From NCBI GenBank assembly GCA_963699155.1, contig OY969414.1:1093327-1157326 (forward strand): a stretch of 64,000 nucleotides of DNA, in the 5' to 3' direction. Below are positions 1 through 8,757 of the stretch, piece by piece. Position numbers and translations under genes: made by a program. This DNA is from an uncultured Chlamydiales bacterium (GTDB taxonomy: Bacteria > Chlamydiota > Chlamydiia > Chlamydiales > JAAKFR01). The stretch's first letter is position 1, and the number at the start of each line of letters is the position of its first letter. The notes under the pieces are model-generated. The model worked only from the letters and a program-made list of their open reading frames with translations. It was not told where the DNA came from and searched no databases.

Positions 1-144
1 GTTTGGCGTCTGTTTGACAGGATAGAGATTCTGTGTGATCTGCGTCTCATTTTTCTGCCCACCCATGATCTGATGATCACCATGACCCGCCAAATGAAAG
101 AGAGTGATCAATGCGAGTAACAAAAATTTGAGAGAAGAAGACAT
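1..144 (-). CDS. hypothetical protein, 5' part only (runs off left edge)
   Basis: Own translation: ATG at 144-142 (minus) opens MSSSLKFLLLALITLFHLAGHGDHQIMGG... with a signal-like hydrophobic N-terminus. The frame is open to position 1. It is truncated, so it is not in the ORF track. Confidence 0.3.
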   Translation of the reverse strand, partial: MSSSLKFLLLALITLFHLAGHGDHQIMGGQKNETQITQNLYPVKQTPN

Positions 145-198
145 TATTTTTTCCAAAAAGGATATAAACTATAACTACAGATTAAATTATTGTCAAAA

Positions 199-1092
199 CT
201 AAGGCAGGAGGGTCAAAATCTCATGACCACTGTCGGTGATGAGGAGGGTGTGCTCCCATTGGGCGCTCGGTTTGCCATCGGCGGTGCGTGCTTCCCATTG
301 ATTGTGGTTGTCGATGATCGCTTCGCGGACGCCCGCATTGATCATCGGCTCGATGGTGAAGGTCATGCCGGCGGCAAGGGGGATTTGGACATTGTTCTTA
401 TGATGGGGGACTTGAGGAGGTTCGTGGAAGGCGAGACCAACTCCGTGGCCAACAAATTGGTTGACGACAGAGCAGCCTTGAGCAGATGCAAAATCTTCGA
501 TCACATCACCGATTTCAGAAAGCATCACCCCCGGTTTTAAGATGCGGATGGCGCGCATGAGACATTCATATGCCACATTGCAGACGAGATATTTTTCTGG
601 CGAGATATCGCCGATCATGACCATCTTGCTGCAATCGCCAAAATAGCCATCGAGTATCACAGAAATATCGACATTCATGATATCTCCCTTCCGAAGCGGC
701 TGATCATCGGGGATACCATGGCAGATCTCATCATTGATCGAGGTGCAGATGCTTTTAGGATAGGGCGGCTCCCCATAGCCCAACGGAGCAGCCAGAGCGC
801 CAGCCTCTCTGTGGAGTTCAGTCGCATAGGCATCGAGTTCATTTGTCGTAACCCCCGCCTTTGCCTGCTTACAGACCTTATCGAGAATCTGGGCAGCCAG
901 CTGGCACGCTCTCCGGATCCCTGCAATCTGTTCCGGCGTTTTCAAAACAATGCGATACTGCTTGAGATAGCGCTCAGCCTCATTGACAACCCCTCTCCCC
1001 GATAGCTCAGGAAAATGGCATTTCTTCCACTTCTGCCCGCTGCCACACCAGCAAGGATCATTCCTCCCAATCATACTAAAATGATAACCCAC
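199..1092 (-). CDS. map: methionine aminopeptidase type I with N-terminal SEC-C zinc motif
   Basis: 297-aa ORF. A CWCGSGQKWKKCH SEC-C-like motif is followed by the MetAP-I core blocks (ICHGIPD, DISVILDGYFGD, VGHGVG, FTIEP, QWEHT). Confidence 0.92.
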   Translation of the reverse strand: MGYHFSMIGRNDPCWCGSGQKWKKCHFPELSGRGVVNEAERYLKQYRIVLKTPEQIAGIRRACQLAAQILDKVCKQAKAGVTTNELDAYATELHREAGALAAPLGYGEPPYPKSICTSINDEICHGIPDDQPLRKGDIMNVDISVILDGYFGDCSKMVMIGDISPEKYLVCNVAYECLMRAIRILKPGVMLSEIGDVIEDFASAQGCSVVNQFVGHGVGLAFHEPPQVPHHKNNVQIPLAAGMTFTIEPMINAGVREAIIDNHNQWEARTADGKPSAQWEHTLLITDSGHEILTLLP

Positions 1093-1154
1093 CCCTCAAT
1101 TCTTGAGGATAGCCATTTTTTGCACCATAATCTCCTTTCCTATACACTTAAATT

Positions 1155-1442
1155 ATGAGTAAGCTCTCTGTTATCAAAAGAAAAGCTGTACCGATCCTCA
1201 AAAAGCATGGGGTCAAAAGGGCTGCTATCTTTGGCTCTGTTGCAAGAGGTACAGATACCTCCAAAAGCGATGTCGACTTTCTCATCGAATACCAAAGCAA
1301 AAAGAACTCTCTCTTTGACTTTGTAGACCTGAAACTAGCCCTAGAAGAGGCTTTACAGCGCAGAGTCGATATCCTGACCTATAGCTCCATCTGCTGGCAG
1401 CTTCAAGAGCATATCCTCAGCGAGCAAGTGGTGATCTTGTGA
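1155..1442 (+). CDS. mntA: MntA-type minimal nucleotidyltransferase antitoxin
   Basis: 95 aa with GSVARGTDTSKSDVDFLI (the GS...DxD NTase motif). Overlaps the downstream HEPN gene by GTGA. Confidence 0.8.
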   Translation: MSKLSVIKRKAVPILKKHGVKRAAIFGSVARGTDTSKSDVDFLIEYQSKKNSLFDFVDLKLALEEALQRRVDILTYSSICWQLQEHILSEQVVIL

Positions 1443-1783
1443 AGAAAGACCCTCTTGTCTTCCTCTCTCATATCATAGAGTCAATTGAGCTCATTGAGGA
1501 GTATGCGAAGGGAATGACCCAAGCTGGCTTTGTGAAAGATCCTATTTTGCAGGATGCCATCATCAGAAGGTTAGAAGTAATAGGAGAGGCAGTGAAGGGC
1601 CTCTCTTCTTCATTCAAAGAAAAACATTCAGGTCCCCCTTGGAAACAGATGGCAGGCATGCGAGATATCCTGATTCATGAGTATTTCAATGTAGACCTTG
1701 TCCTTACATGGAAAGTAGTGAAGCATGAGCTCCCCTCTGTAAAGAAGCAGCTCCTGATCATTCTTGAGGAAATGGGGGACTAA
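1439..1783 (+). CDS. hepT: HepT (HEPN/DUF86) toxin
   Basis: 114 aa with the RX4HXY HEPN motif (RDILIHEY). GTG start at 1439 overlaps the mntA stop at 1440-1442. Confidence 0.8.
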   Translation: MKKDPLVFLSHIIESIELIEEYAKGMTQAGFVKDPILQDAIIRRLEVIGEAVKGLSSSFKEKHSGPPWKQMAGMRDILIHEYFNVDLVLTWKVVKHELPSVKKQLLIILEEMGD

Positions 1784-1886
1784 CGAGCTAGACGCTCCCG
1801 CGCCAAAGGCTCGCCTCCTGACTTTGACATTTAAACATATTCTGATAGGAACAAGATCTGAAGGAACGCAAGCGGCAGGATCCTGT

Positions 1887-2657
1887 TTATCTTGTGATTG
1901 CTTCTGAGAAGTCAGGATAATAGATCTTTTTGAGGGTGAGACCGTGGGCGGGGGCGGTCATGCCGGCGGCTGGGCGGGAGGAGGCGGAGAGGATGGTGGG
2001 GATGGAGGAGGGGGCAATTTTGCCGCGGCCGACAAAGATGAGGGTGCCGACGATATTGCGGACCATTTTGTAGAGAAAGTGGTTTCCTGTAATGGTGATG
2101 AGAAGGTGGTTTGGGGAAGGGTGGAGTTTGATCTCGGTGATTTCGCGGATTTTATCTTTGTAGGTGAGATTTTTCCGAGTGTTGCAGAAGCTGGAGAAGT
2201 CTTGTTCTCCTAAGAAGTGGTGGGTGGCTTCCTCCATTTTGTCAAAATCGAGGGGGTAGGGAAGATGCCAAGCGGTATGTCTCGCATGGGGCATTTGGAA
2301 GGGACCAAGAGAAATATGATAGTGATATTCTTTCGCTTGGGAGTTAAGTGTGGGATGGAAATCGAGGGGCATGAGATGCAAAGAGAGGACGCGGATGGTG
2401 GGAGGAAGCAGGGCATTGAGGCTGGCTTGCAGAGCAGGTAATTCATGAGAGCGGTCGCACAAAAAATTGACCCACTGCTCTTCGGCATGGACGCCGCGGT
2501 CGGTGCGGCTGGCAGCTTGCAAGAGGATGGGCTGCTGGAAGATTTTTTCTAAGGGTATCTGGAGAGCTTCTTCTATAGAGGAGCCCATCTTCGTTTTTTG
2601 CCATCCGAAGAAATTGGTGCCGTCGTAGGCAATGCGTAAGAGATAATTGTGGTTCAT
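1887..2657 (-). CDS. truA: tRNA pseudouridine synthase A
   Basis: LRIAYDGTNFFGWQ and RTDRGVHA motifs. I chose the start MNHNYLL (ATG 2657-2655), which overlaps the upstream gene stop as ATGA. The 307-aa track ORF carries an implausible 51-aa extension. Confidence 0.88.
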   Translation of the reverse strand: MNHNYLLRIAYDGTNFFGWQKTKMGSSIEEALQIPLEKIFQQPILLQAASRTDRGVHAEEQWVNFLCDRSHELPALQASLNALLPPTIRVLSLHLMPLDFHPTLNSQAKEYHYHISLGPFQMPHARHTAWHLPYPLDFDKMEEATHHFLGEQDFSSFCNTRKNLTYKDKIREITEIKLHPSPNHLLITITGNHFLYKMVRNIVGTLIFVGRGKIAPSSIPTILSASSRPAAGMTAPAHGLTLKKIYYPDFSEAITR

Positions 2658-3262
2658 TTGAGGGCAGCAACAAGGCCTGTGAAGGCCATCTGGGTAGAGA
2701 TGAGGACGATGATATAGCCGAAGAGCCTCTCGATCGCGACGACCCCATTTTCCCCCAAGCGTGTATTGAGAAAGGGGGAGAGGAGAAGAACCACTAAGGA
2801 GAGTGCCCAAGCGATGACGATCGCGAGGAGGACAGTGGCCTTATTCTCAATCCCACCACCATAGAGGGTGATGGTGGCGAGGATCCCGGGGCCGGCAATC
2901 GAGGGGACCGCCAAGGGGACGATGAGGGGATCTCGGGGAAGCCTCTTCTCCTGTTTCTCAAAGCTGGGTTTGGCAAAGATCATCTTGATAGCGATCAAAA
3001 AGAGAATGGTGCCGCCAGCAATTTGGAGAGTCGAATGGGAGATGTTGAGAAGGCCCAAGAAGGTCTGTCCAAAGTAGAGAAAGAGAATCATCAGCCCGAG
3101 TGCAGCGAGGAGCTCGCGTGTAATGATCTTGTACTGTTTCGAGGGTTCGAAATGTTTGAGAAGGCTCACAAAGACGGGTAGGGTGCCGAGCGAATCCATG
3201 ACGACCCAGAAGAGGAAAACGAGCTGAAAGAGCGATTTGCCCGTGACATCTGTTTCGGTCAA
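2654..3262 (-). CDS. MarC family (UPF0056) integral membrane protein
   Basis: 202 aa with about six hydrophobic segments and an N-terminal DSLGTLPVF motif typical of the MarC/NAAT family. Confidence 0.75.
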   Translation of the reverse strand: MTETDVTGKSLFQLVFLFWVVMDSLGTLPVFVSLLKHFEPSKQYKIITRELLAALGLMILFLYFGQTFLGLLNISHSTLQIAGGTILFLIAIKMIFAKPSFEKQEKRLPRDPLIVPLAVPSIAGPGILATITLYGGGIENKATVLLAIVIAWALSLVVLLLSPFLNTRLGENGVVAIERLFGYIIVLISTQMAFTGLVAALK

Positions 3263-3870
3263 TGCAAACCTCCGATCACACCGTCGATGAAAATTTGTAG
3301 AGCAATGAGCGCCACAATGAGTCCCATCAGCCTTTGGCAGGCATCTAGGCCTGAATCTTTAAATAGCTTGTAGATCGGTTTAGCGAAGAGGAAGAGGATG
3401 GATGAAGCAAGCCATGCGACAAAAATGGCTTCTAGGACTAATGGGGTAGAGATCTCTTTTTGGGAAAAAATCATGATGATCGCCAAGACAGAAGGGCTAG
3501 CGATGATCGGGGTGGCAAGGGGGACGATAAAGGGTTCCTGCTCTTTCCATTGGGTCACGCGCTCTTCATTCGAGAAAATGAGGCGGATGGCGATGAGAAA
3601 GAGGATGATCCCTCCCGCGAGATGGACTGTTGTCGAGGTGATGTCGAGAATGGTGAGGAGCAATTCCCCCACAAAGTTAAAGAGAAGCATGATTAAGAGG
3701 GCAAAGCAGAGTTCCCTTATGGCAATTTTCCGCTGCTTTTTGGGTGGGAAGGGTTTGAGCAGCTGGAGATAGGTCGGGATATTTCCCAAAGCGTCGATCA
3801 CAAAAAAGAGGGTCAAGGCGATAGCTAAAAACCTATTCATCAACCTGAATATATCTTGAAAAGATCTCAA
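3259..3870 (-). CDS. MarC family (UPF0056) integral membrane protein, tandem paralog
   Basis: 203 aa with a DALGNIPTYL motif. Same architecture as the neighbouring gene, with a 4-nt overlap. Confidence 0.75.
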   Translation of the reverse strand: MRSFQDIFRLMNRFLAIALTLFFVIDALGNIPTYLQLLKPFPPKKQRKIAIRELCFALLIMLLFNFVGELLLTILDITSTTVHLAGGIILFLIAIRLIFSNEERVTQWKEQEPFIVPLATPIIASPSVLAIIMIFSQKEISTPLVLEAIFVAWLASSILFLFAKPIYKLFKDSGLDACQRLMGLIVALIALQIFIDGVIGGLH

Positions 3871-3890
3871 ACATCAATAGAATTGCGTTC

Positions 3891-4535
3891 ATGACAAAAG
3901 AACCTTTGATTCGCCCCTTTGTCGGGAAGTTTTCAACAATTTTGCTCTTTGGACCTCCCGGATCGGGGAAGGGAACATTAGGAAAATTTTTAGCGAGCGC
4001 CGGTTCTCAATATCATCTCTCTTCAGGGGATATTTTTCGGAATCTTCCCATCTATTCTCCTGCGGGTCGGCTCTATCATACCTTTGCAAGTAAAGGGTTA
4101 TTGATCCCAGACGATGCTGTCATCGAAATCTGGAACCATTATGTTCAGGGTTTGATTGCGACAAACAATTATTACCCTGAAAGTCAAGATCTCCTTCTCG
4201 ATGGGATGCCCAGGACACGCCAACAAGCGGAAATGCTCTCACAATTTATCCATGTCAGGCATGTGATCGTTCTAGACGTCAAAGACCATGAGGCTCTTAA
4301 ACGCAGGATGATTAACAAAGCGCGTTTAGAAGGGCGTTTGGATGAGATTCAAGAAAGTACTCTCAAGAATCGACTCGACGCCTATGAGCAGCAGATTGAA
4401 GGGACACTCCAATATTTCCCTAAACATCTCGTCTCCGTTGTCGATGGCAGTCAGAAGACGCTGGAAGTGTTGCGAGATGTGCTGGTCCGTCTCTCTCACC
4501 TTCTCTCTCATGGGCCTGCGATTTACTCAAGTTGA
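3891..4535 (+). CDS. adk: adenylate kinase family NMP kinase (short-LID type)
   Basis: P-loop FGPPGSGKGT, LLDGMPRTRQQAE (compare the DGFPRT block) and a short LID (EGRLDE). Confidence 0.75.
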   Translation: MTKEPLIRPFVGKFSTILLFGPPGSGKGTLGKFLASAGSQYHLSSGDIFRNLPIYSPAGRLYHTFASKGLLIPDDAVIEIWNHYVQGLIATNNYYPESQDLLLDGMPRTRQQAEMLSQFIHVRHVIVLDVKDHEALKRRMINKARLEGRLDEIQESTLKNRLDAYEQQIEGTLQYFPKHLVSVVDGSQKTLEVLRDVLVRLSHLLSHGPAIYSS

Positions 4536-5425
4536 GAAGGGACTTCTCGTGCTCTTTTCGCTTCGTAGAGCTCTTGATCGGCGATCTCGACAAGCTGGTT
4601 GAAATCAACCTCGCGCAGACCATCATAGAAGACTTTGCCGATACTATAGGAGAGGCGGTAGGGTTCTGTGATTTGGCTATTATATTCTTGTAACTTGTGT
4701 ACCATGTGGTTTTTGAGATATTCCCCACTTTCTTCGGGAGCATTGATGGCAATCACAGCAAACTCGTCTCCACCGATTCTTCCGATAATATCATGTTTTC
4801 GAAAGGTGGCCCTTAGGCATTTACACATATCCATCAAGGCGTGATCACCGACCAGATGGCCATAAGTGTCATTGATCTGTTTGAGATGGTCGAGGTCGAC
4901 GAGGAAGAGAAAAAATCCTTTTCGTGTCCTACGGGACAATGCAAGCTGCTGATCCAAAAGGGTGAGGAATCCGCGCCGATTATAGACTCCTGTCAGCTCG
5001 TCAGTAAACGAAAGTGCCCGTAAACTCTCCTGGAGGCGGTGGCGCTCGATCGCATGGTGAATGGTCCGCGCTAACAGGTCAGCGCTGAGATCGCTTTTAG
5101 GAATGTAATCTTGGGCACCCAATTTGATCGTTTCGCGGATCAACAGCTCTTCTGAGGAGCCTCCTACAATGATGACAGGAATGATGTTGGCTCTTTTCTG
5201 GATCTCGACAAAGGTATTCACACCTTCGCTATCGGGAAGGTACAAGTCAGTGATTATGAGATCATAATTCCCAGTGCTAAGGGCTTCTAAGGCTTCGTTT
5301 AACGACTCAGTAATCCTCAGATTGGGTTCGATATCCTTAGCTTGTAATTTCTTGAGCGAGGCAGTGAGGAAGAGAATATCATCCGGGTCATCCTCGACAA
5401 TCAAGATCGAAAGCAGCTCTGTCAT
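4523..5425 (-). CDS. response regulator with GGDEF diguanylate cyclase output
   Basis: REC domain (LIVEDDPDD..., ITDLYLPD). The GGDEF domain has an intact RIGGDEF active site and an RKHD I-site five residues upstream. Confidence 0.88.
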   Translation of the reverse strand: MTELLSILIVEDDPDDILFLTASLKKLQAKDIEPNLRITESLNEALEALSTGNYDLIITDLYLPDSEGVNTFVEIQKRANIIPVIIVGGSSEELLIRETIKLGAQDYIPKSDLSADLLARTIHHAIERHRLQESLRALSFTDELTGVYNRRGFLTLLDQQLALSRRTRKGFFLFLVDLDHLKQINDTYGHLVGDHALMDMCKCLRATFRKHDIIGRIGGDEFAVIAINAPEESGEYLKNHMVHKLQEYNSQITEPYRLSYSIGKVFYDGLREVDFNQLVEIADQELYEAKRAREVPSQLE

Positions 5426-6990
5426 TGTGGGGCTCTCTCCTTCTCAGCTTGTTGCTGAGCCGGTAGCTCGATGATGATAATCGTTCCTAAACCCTCACTG
5501 CTTTCCGCATAGATTTCGCCCTGATGTCTTTCGATAATTCTTTTACAGATCGATAAGCCGACACCTGTCCCAGAGCTGAGATCGTTTTTGTCGATGCGGA
5601 AAAAGGGATGAAAGATCTGTTTTTTGTAGCTGGATGGAATTCCGATACCATTGTCTTGAACAGTAATGCGGGTCACCTCATTTAAGGACTCACTTTCAAT
5701 GGCGATGATGGGCGGGGTCTCCTTTTTATGATATTTGATCGCATTCGAAATGAGATTGTGAAAAAGCGAGCGCATTTGGTCGGGGTCAGCTTTGATCGTG
5801 GGGAGCAGGTCCACTTTGACATAGGCGTGACTGCGCGAGATCAAAACTTCTAAATCTTCGAGAACCTGGGCAAGAATCTGATTGAGATCGACCCACTCCT
5901 TCCGCATCTCCTTTTTGCTCATTATTGCCAGTTCCAAGAGAGAGGCGATAAAGGCATGCATCCGTTCGGCGCCACCGACCATTCGATCCACATAGTGGAC
6001 CACTTCGGGATCGAGGTCCCCCTGTTTTTCCTGGATCAGTTTTCCATAATTTTTAATCTTCCTCAGCGGCTCTTGAAGATCGTGTGAGACAGAGATCGTG
6101 AACTGTTCCAGCTCGACATTGGTCCTTTCTAACTCCTGACTTTTGTTTTCGAGCTCCTTTTTGCGCTTCTCGAGAAGGTTGATATGGCGTTGGATTTTTG
6201 TGATGTCATGAACGATGAAGTCGGCTTTTCCTGTTTTATAGCAGGTCGACCAGATGACCAGAGCGAAGAGGAGGAGAGTCGCCAGGCCGATAAGTTCTGT
6301 TTCGAGAGGGAGGGAGAGGCCCCATTCCACTCTGCCGACCATCAGCAGCCAACTGAGGAGGATCGGAATCAAGAAGGCAGCAGGGAGAAGACGGCGAAAA
6401 ACTTGTCCCGAAAAAGAGGGATTGAAAAGAAGCCCGGCCATACCTTGCTCGGGTGTTCCCAGAAGGTAACAGCAGGAGAGGAGGAGCCATCCCACTGAGA
6501 GCAGGGCTGTGGTGTAGGGGGTTTTTCCAATGAAATGATGAAAATAGAGTCCCTCAAAAAAGGCCATCAGCACACAAAAAGAGAGGCAGAAGCCGAGGAA
6601 AAAAAAGGTCTGTCCCATGAAGAGAAGCCGTGAGGTGTTTTGAAAGATGACCGCACAACCCACCAGGAGAAGAGTGATGATGGAAAAATAGCTCATCGCA
6701 CTTAAGGAGAAGAGCTGTTCACTTTCATGTCCATGCAACTTGAGGACAAGGGCCCCAACAGCCCCCATGACAGCTACGAGAGCGAGAAGGCCAGAAAGGG
6801 CGCGCATCCAGATCCGCTCTTTGAGGAAAAAGAGCAGTGAGAAGAGGACGATGGCGAGGCAGCTTAAGAGAGAGCTTTGCTCCTGTATCAGATTACTAAA
6901 TGGCAAGGCTAGCAGCACAACAAGAAAGAAAAGGCCAATCGCAGCCACCAGAGCTGTCGTCCAATTCTTACAGATACGCAACAGATCCAT
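5422..6990 (-). CDS. membrane sensor histidine kinase
   Basis: About 250 aa of polytopic N-terminus, then a coiled coil, an H-box SHDLQEPLRKI and HATPase N/G boxes (NLISNAIKY, DNGIGI, GTGVGL). 4-nt overlap with the response regulator gene. Confidence 0.88.
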   Translation of the reverse strand: MDLLRICKNWTTALVAAIGLFFLVVLLALPFSNLIQEQSSLLSCLAIVLFSLLFFLKERIWMRALSGLLALVAVMGAVGALVLKLHGHESEQLFSLSAMSYFSIITLLLVGCAVIFQNTSRLLFMGQTFFFLGFCLSFCVLMAFFEGLYFHHFIGKTPYTTALLSVGWLLLSCCYLLGTPEQGMAGLLFNPSFSGQVFRRLLPAAFLIPILLSWLLMVGRVEWGLSLPLETELIGLATLLLFALVIWSTCYKTGKADFIVHDITKIQRHINLLEKRKKELENKSQELERTNVELEQFTISVSHDLQEPLRKIKNYGKLIQEKQGDLDPEVVHYVDRMVGGAERMHAFIASLLELAIMSKKEMRKEWVDLNQILAQVLEDLEVLISRSHAYVKVDLLPTIKADPDQMRSLFHNLISNAIKYHKKETPPIIAIESESLNEVTRITVQDNGIGIPSSYKKQIFHPFFRIDKNDLSSGTGVGLSICKRIIERHQGEIYAESSEGLGTIIIIELPAQQQAEKERAPQ

Positions 6991-7270
6991 TCGGTACTCC
7001 CCCTAGAGTATTTTACTCTGGAGAAGCAGGGGGTGTAAAAGGATTTTTATTCAATAATTGTAAGTCATTGAATATCAAAAAGGATCAAAATTCACGATTA
7101 ACATAAATTTCCGATTCTTGGAAAAGTGAGGCAAATGTGACCAGAAGTTGTATTCATGCACCCATCCCCCTACCTGTTGAAAGCTCTCCTCAAAGTGAAA
7201 TCTACTCCTATGAAAAATTTAACATAAAAACCCACTTGTCTATTTTGGGTGTTTTTATTAAAATCTGCTT

Positions 7271-7849
7271 ATGAAAACCCTCCTTGCCCTTCTAAAGAAG
7301 CCACTATTTACTTCCAAAGAGGCTAAAGCCCTAGGAATCCCCCCTGCCAATCTCTCCTATTACGTAAAAACAGGGCAGCTGAGGCGCATTAGTAGGGGTG
7401 TTTATCAGTATATAGCTGTCAAAGATGGTGGGAGCATTAGATGGGAAGATTTGATAGAAGCAGCCTATTCCATCCAGGGGGGTGTAATTTGCCTGATTTC
7501 TGCCCTAGCTGTCTATGATCTCACGGAGGAAATGCCTAGACAACATTGGATTGCTATAAGCCACGGAACCAGTGCAAGAGCTAAGGATGAAGTTAAAATT
7601 GTACGTCTTAGAAATATGAAACTTGGTAGGACTGAGATAGAGTTAGACGGGATTATAGTATCTATTTTTGACCGTGAAAGAACAATAATAGATGCCTTCC
7701 GCCTGCTGAGCCGTGAGACAGCCATCAAAGCTCTTAAAATGGCGCTTAGCCAGCCAAAAGATAAAAAAATTGATCTAGTTAAACTGCAAGCTTATGCAAA
7801 AAAACTCAGAGTGAATATAGATCCTTACCTCATAACGGCAACCACATGA
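7271..7849 (+). CDS. abiEi: AbiEi-family type IV antitoxin / transcriptional regulator
   Basis: 192 aa. N-terminal wHTH-like FTSKEAKALGIPPANLSYYVKTGQLRRISRGVYQ is typical of AbiEi. 4-nt overlap with the downstream NTase gene. Confidence 0.75.
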   Translation: MKTLLALLKKPLFTSKEAKALGIPPANLSYYVKTGQLRRISRGVYQYIAVKDGGSIRWEDLIEAAYSIQGGVICLISALAVYDLTEEMPRQHWIAISHGTSARAKDEVKIVRLRNMKLGRTEIELDGIIVSIFDRERTIIDAFRLLSRETAIKALKMALSQPKDKKIDLVKLQAYAKKLRVNIDPYLITATT

Positions 7850-8676
7850 ATGAACAAGCACTTAAAGATAGACTCCAATCCATTGCTCAGGAAAAACAAA
7901 TAAAATTTAACAGCTGCTGGAAACAGCTTTTGCTTGAAAGGTTTTTGGCACGACTAGCCCGATCTGCCTTTTCAAGCAAATTTATCTTCAAGGGGGGATA
8001 TCTTCTCTCCTATATGCTCAAAATAGGCAGAGAAACAACGGATCTAGATTTTCTGCTTACACACATGGAGGCTGATGAAAATGAAATCCAAAGAGCTTTT
8101 GAAGATATTATCTCTTTCCCTAGCACAGATGGCTTTTCTTTCTCCTATCAAGCAATGACCCCATTAACTCAGCCTCACATGAATTACCCCGGCTACAGGA
8201 CAACTTTACAAGCTGCATTTGGGAAAATGAGAGACAAGGTTCATGTAGATGTAGGTGTTGGAGATGTAGTAAAGCCTCAAAACCTGCATGTTCAACTTGT
8301 CCGTTACCGTGGACAACCCATGTTTGAAAATGAAATTTCTCTGCTAGTCTATCCTCTGGAAACCATTTTTGCTGAAAAGCTTGAAACAGTTATTTCTAAA
8401 GGGGCTGCTAACAGTCGTATGAAGGATTACCATGATCTTTTTCTGCTCACTAGAGACAACAAGCTGCTTGATAGAATGAAATTACAGGCAAGCCTTTCGC
8501 AAACTTTTCAGAATAGAGGCACATCGCTTCAACCTATTAAATTTGAACCGGGTGGCTTAGGTAATCTTCAGAAGCTCTGGTCTGCTCACCTGACTGGTTT
8601 GGGTGACATGGCTCAAGAGCTTTTGCTTCCTAAAGAGATCAAAGAAGTGATAACCAACATCAATGCCCTGCTATAG
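7846..8676 (+). CDS. abiEii: AbiEii/AbiGii nucleotidyltransferase toxin (DUF1814)
   Basis: 276 aa. LLERFLARL...FIFKGGYLL...TTDLDF is the characteristic N-terminal block of this family. Confidence 0.78.
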   Translation: MNEQALKDRLQSIAQEKQIKFNSCWKQLLLERFLARLARSAFSSKFIFKGGYLLSYMLKIGRETTDLDFLLTHMEADENEIQRAFEDIISFPSTDGFSFSYQAMTPLTQPHMNYPGYRTTLQAAFGKMRDKVHVDVGVGDVVKPQNLHVQLVRYRGQPMFENEISLLVYPLETIFAEKLETVISKGAANSRMKDYHDLFLLTRDNKLLDRMKLQASLSQTFQNRGTSLQPIKFEPGGLGNLQKLWSAHLTGLGDMAQELLLPKEIKEVITNINALL

Positions 8677-8757
8677 CAAAAGGTTGAAGAGAGATGATGA
8701 CTGAAGAAAATTTCAGCCCATAGAGGGCAAGAAATTCAGCTTTTTTGATTCTAATTT

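Noticed and set aside
190..540. A 116-aa ORF antisense to map. The same applies to many similar antisense or overlapping track ORFs, for example 1944-2213, 3398-3772, 11541-11993, 14040-14465, 16405-16683, 44121-44669, 51002-51466 and 57845-58165.
   Set aside because: Each lies wholly inside a longer ORF on the opposite strand or in another frame that has clear family motifs. These are shadow ORFs typical of moderately GC-rich coding DNA.
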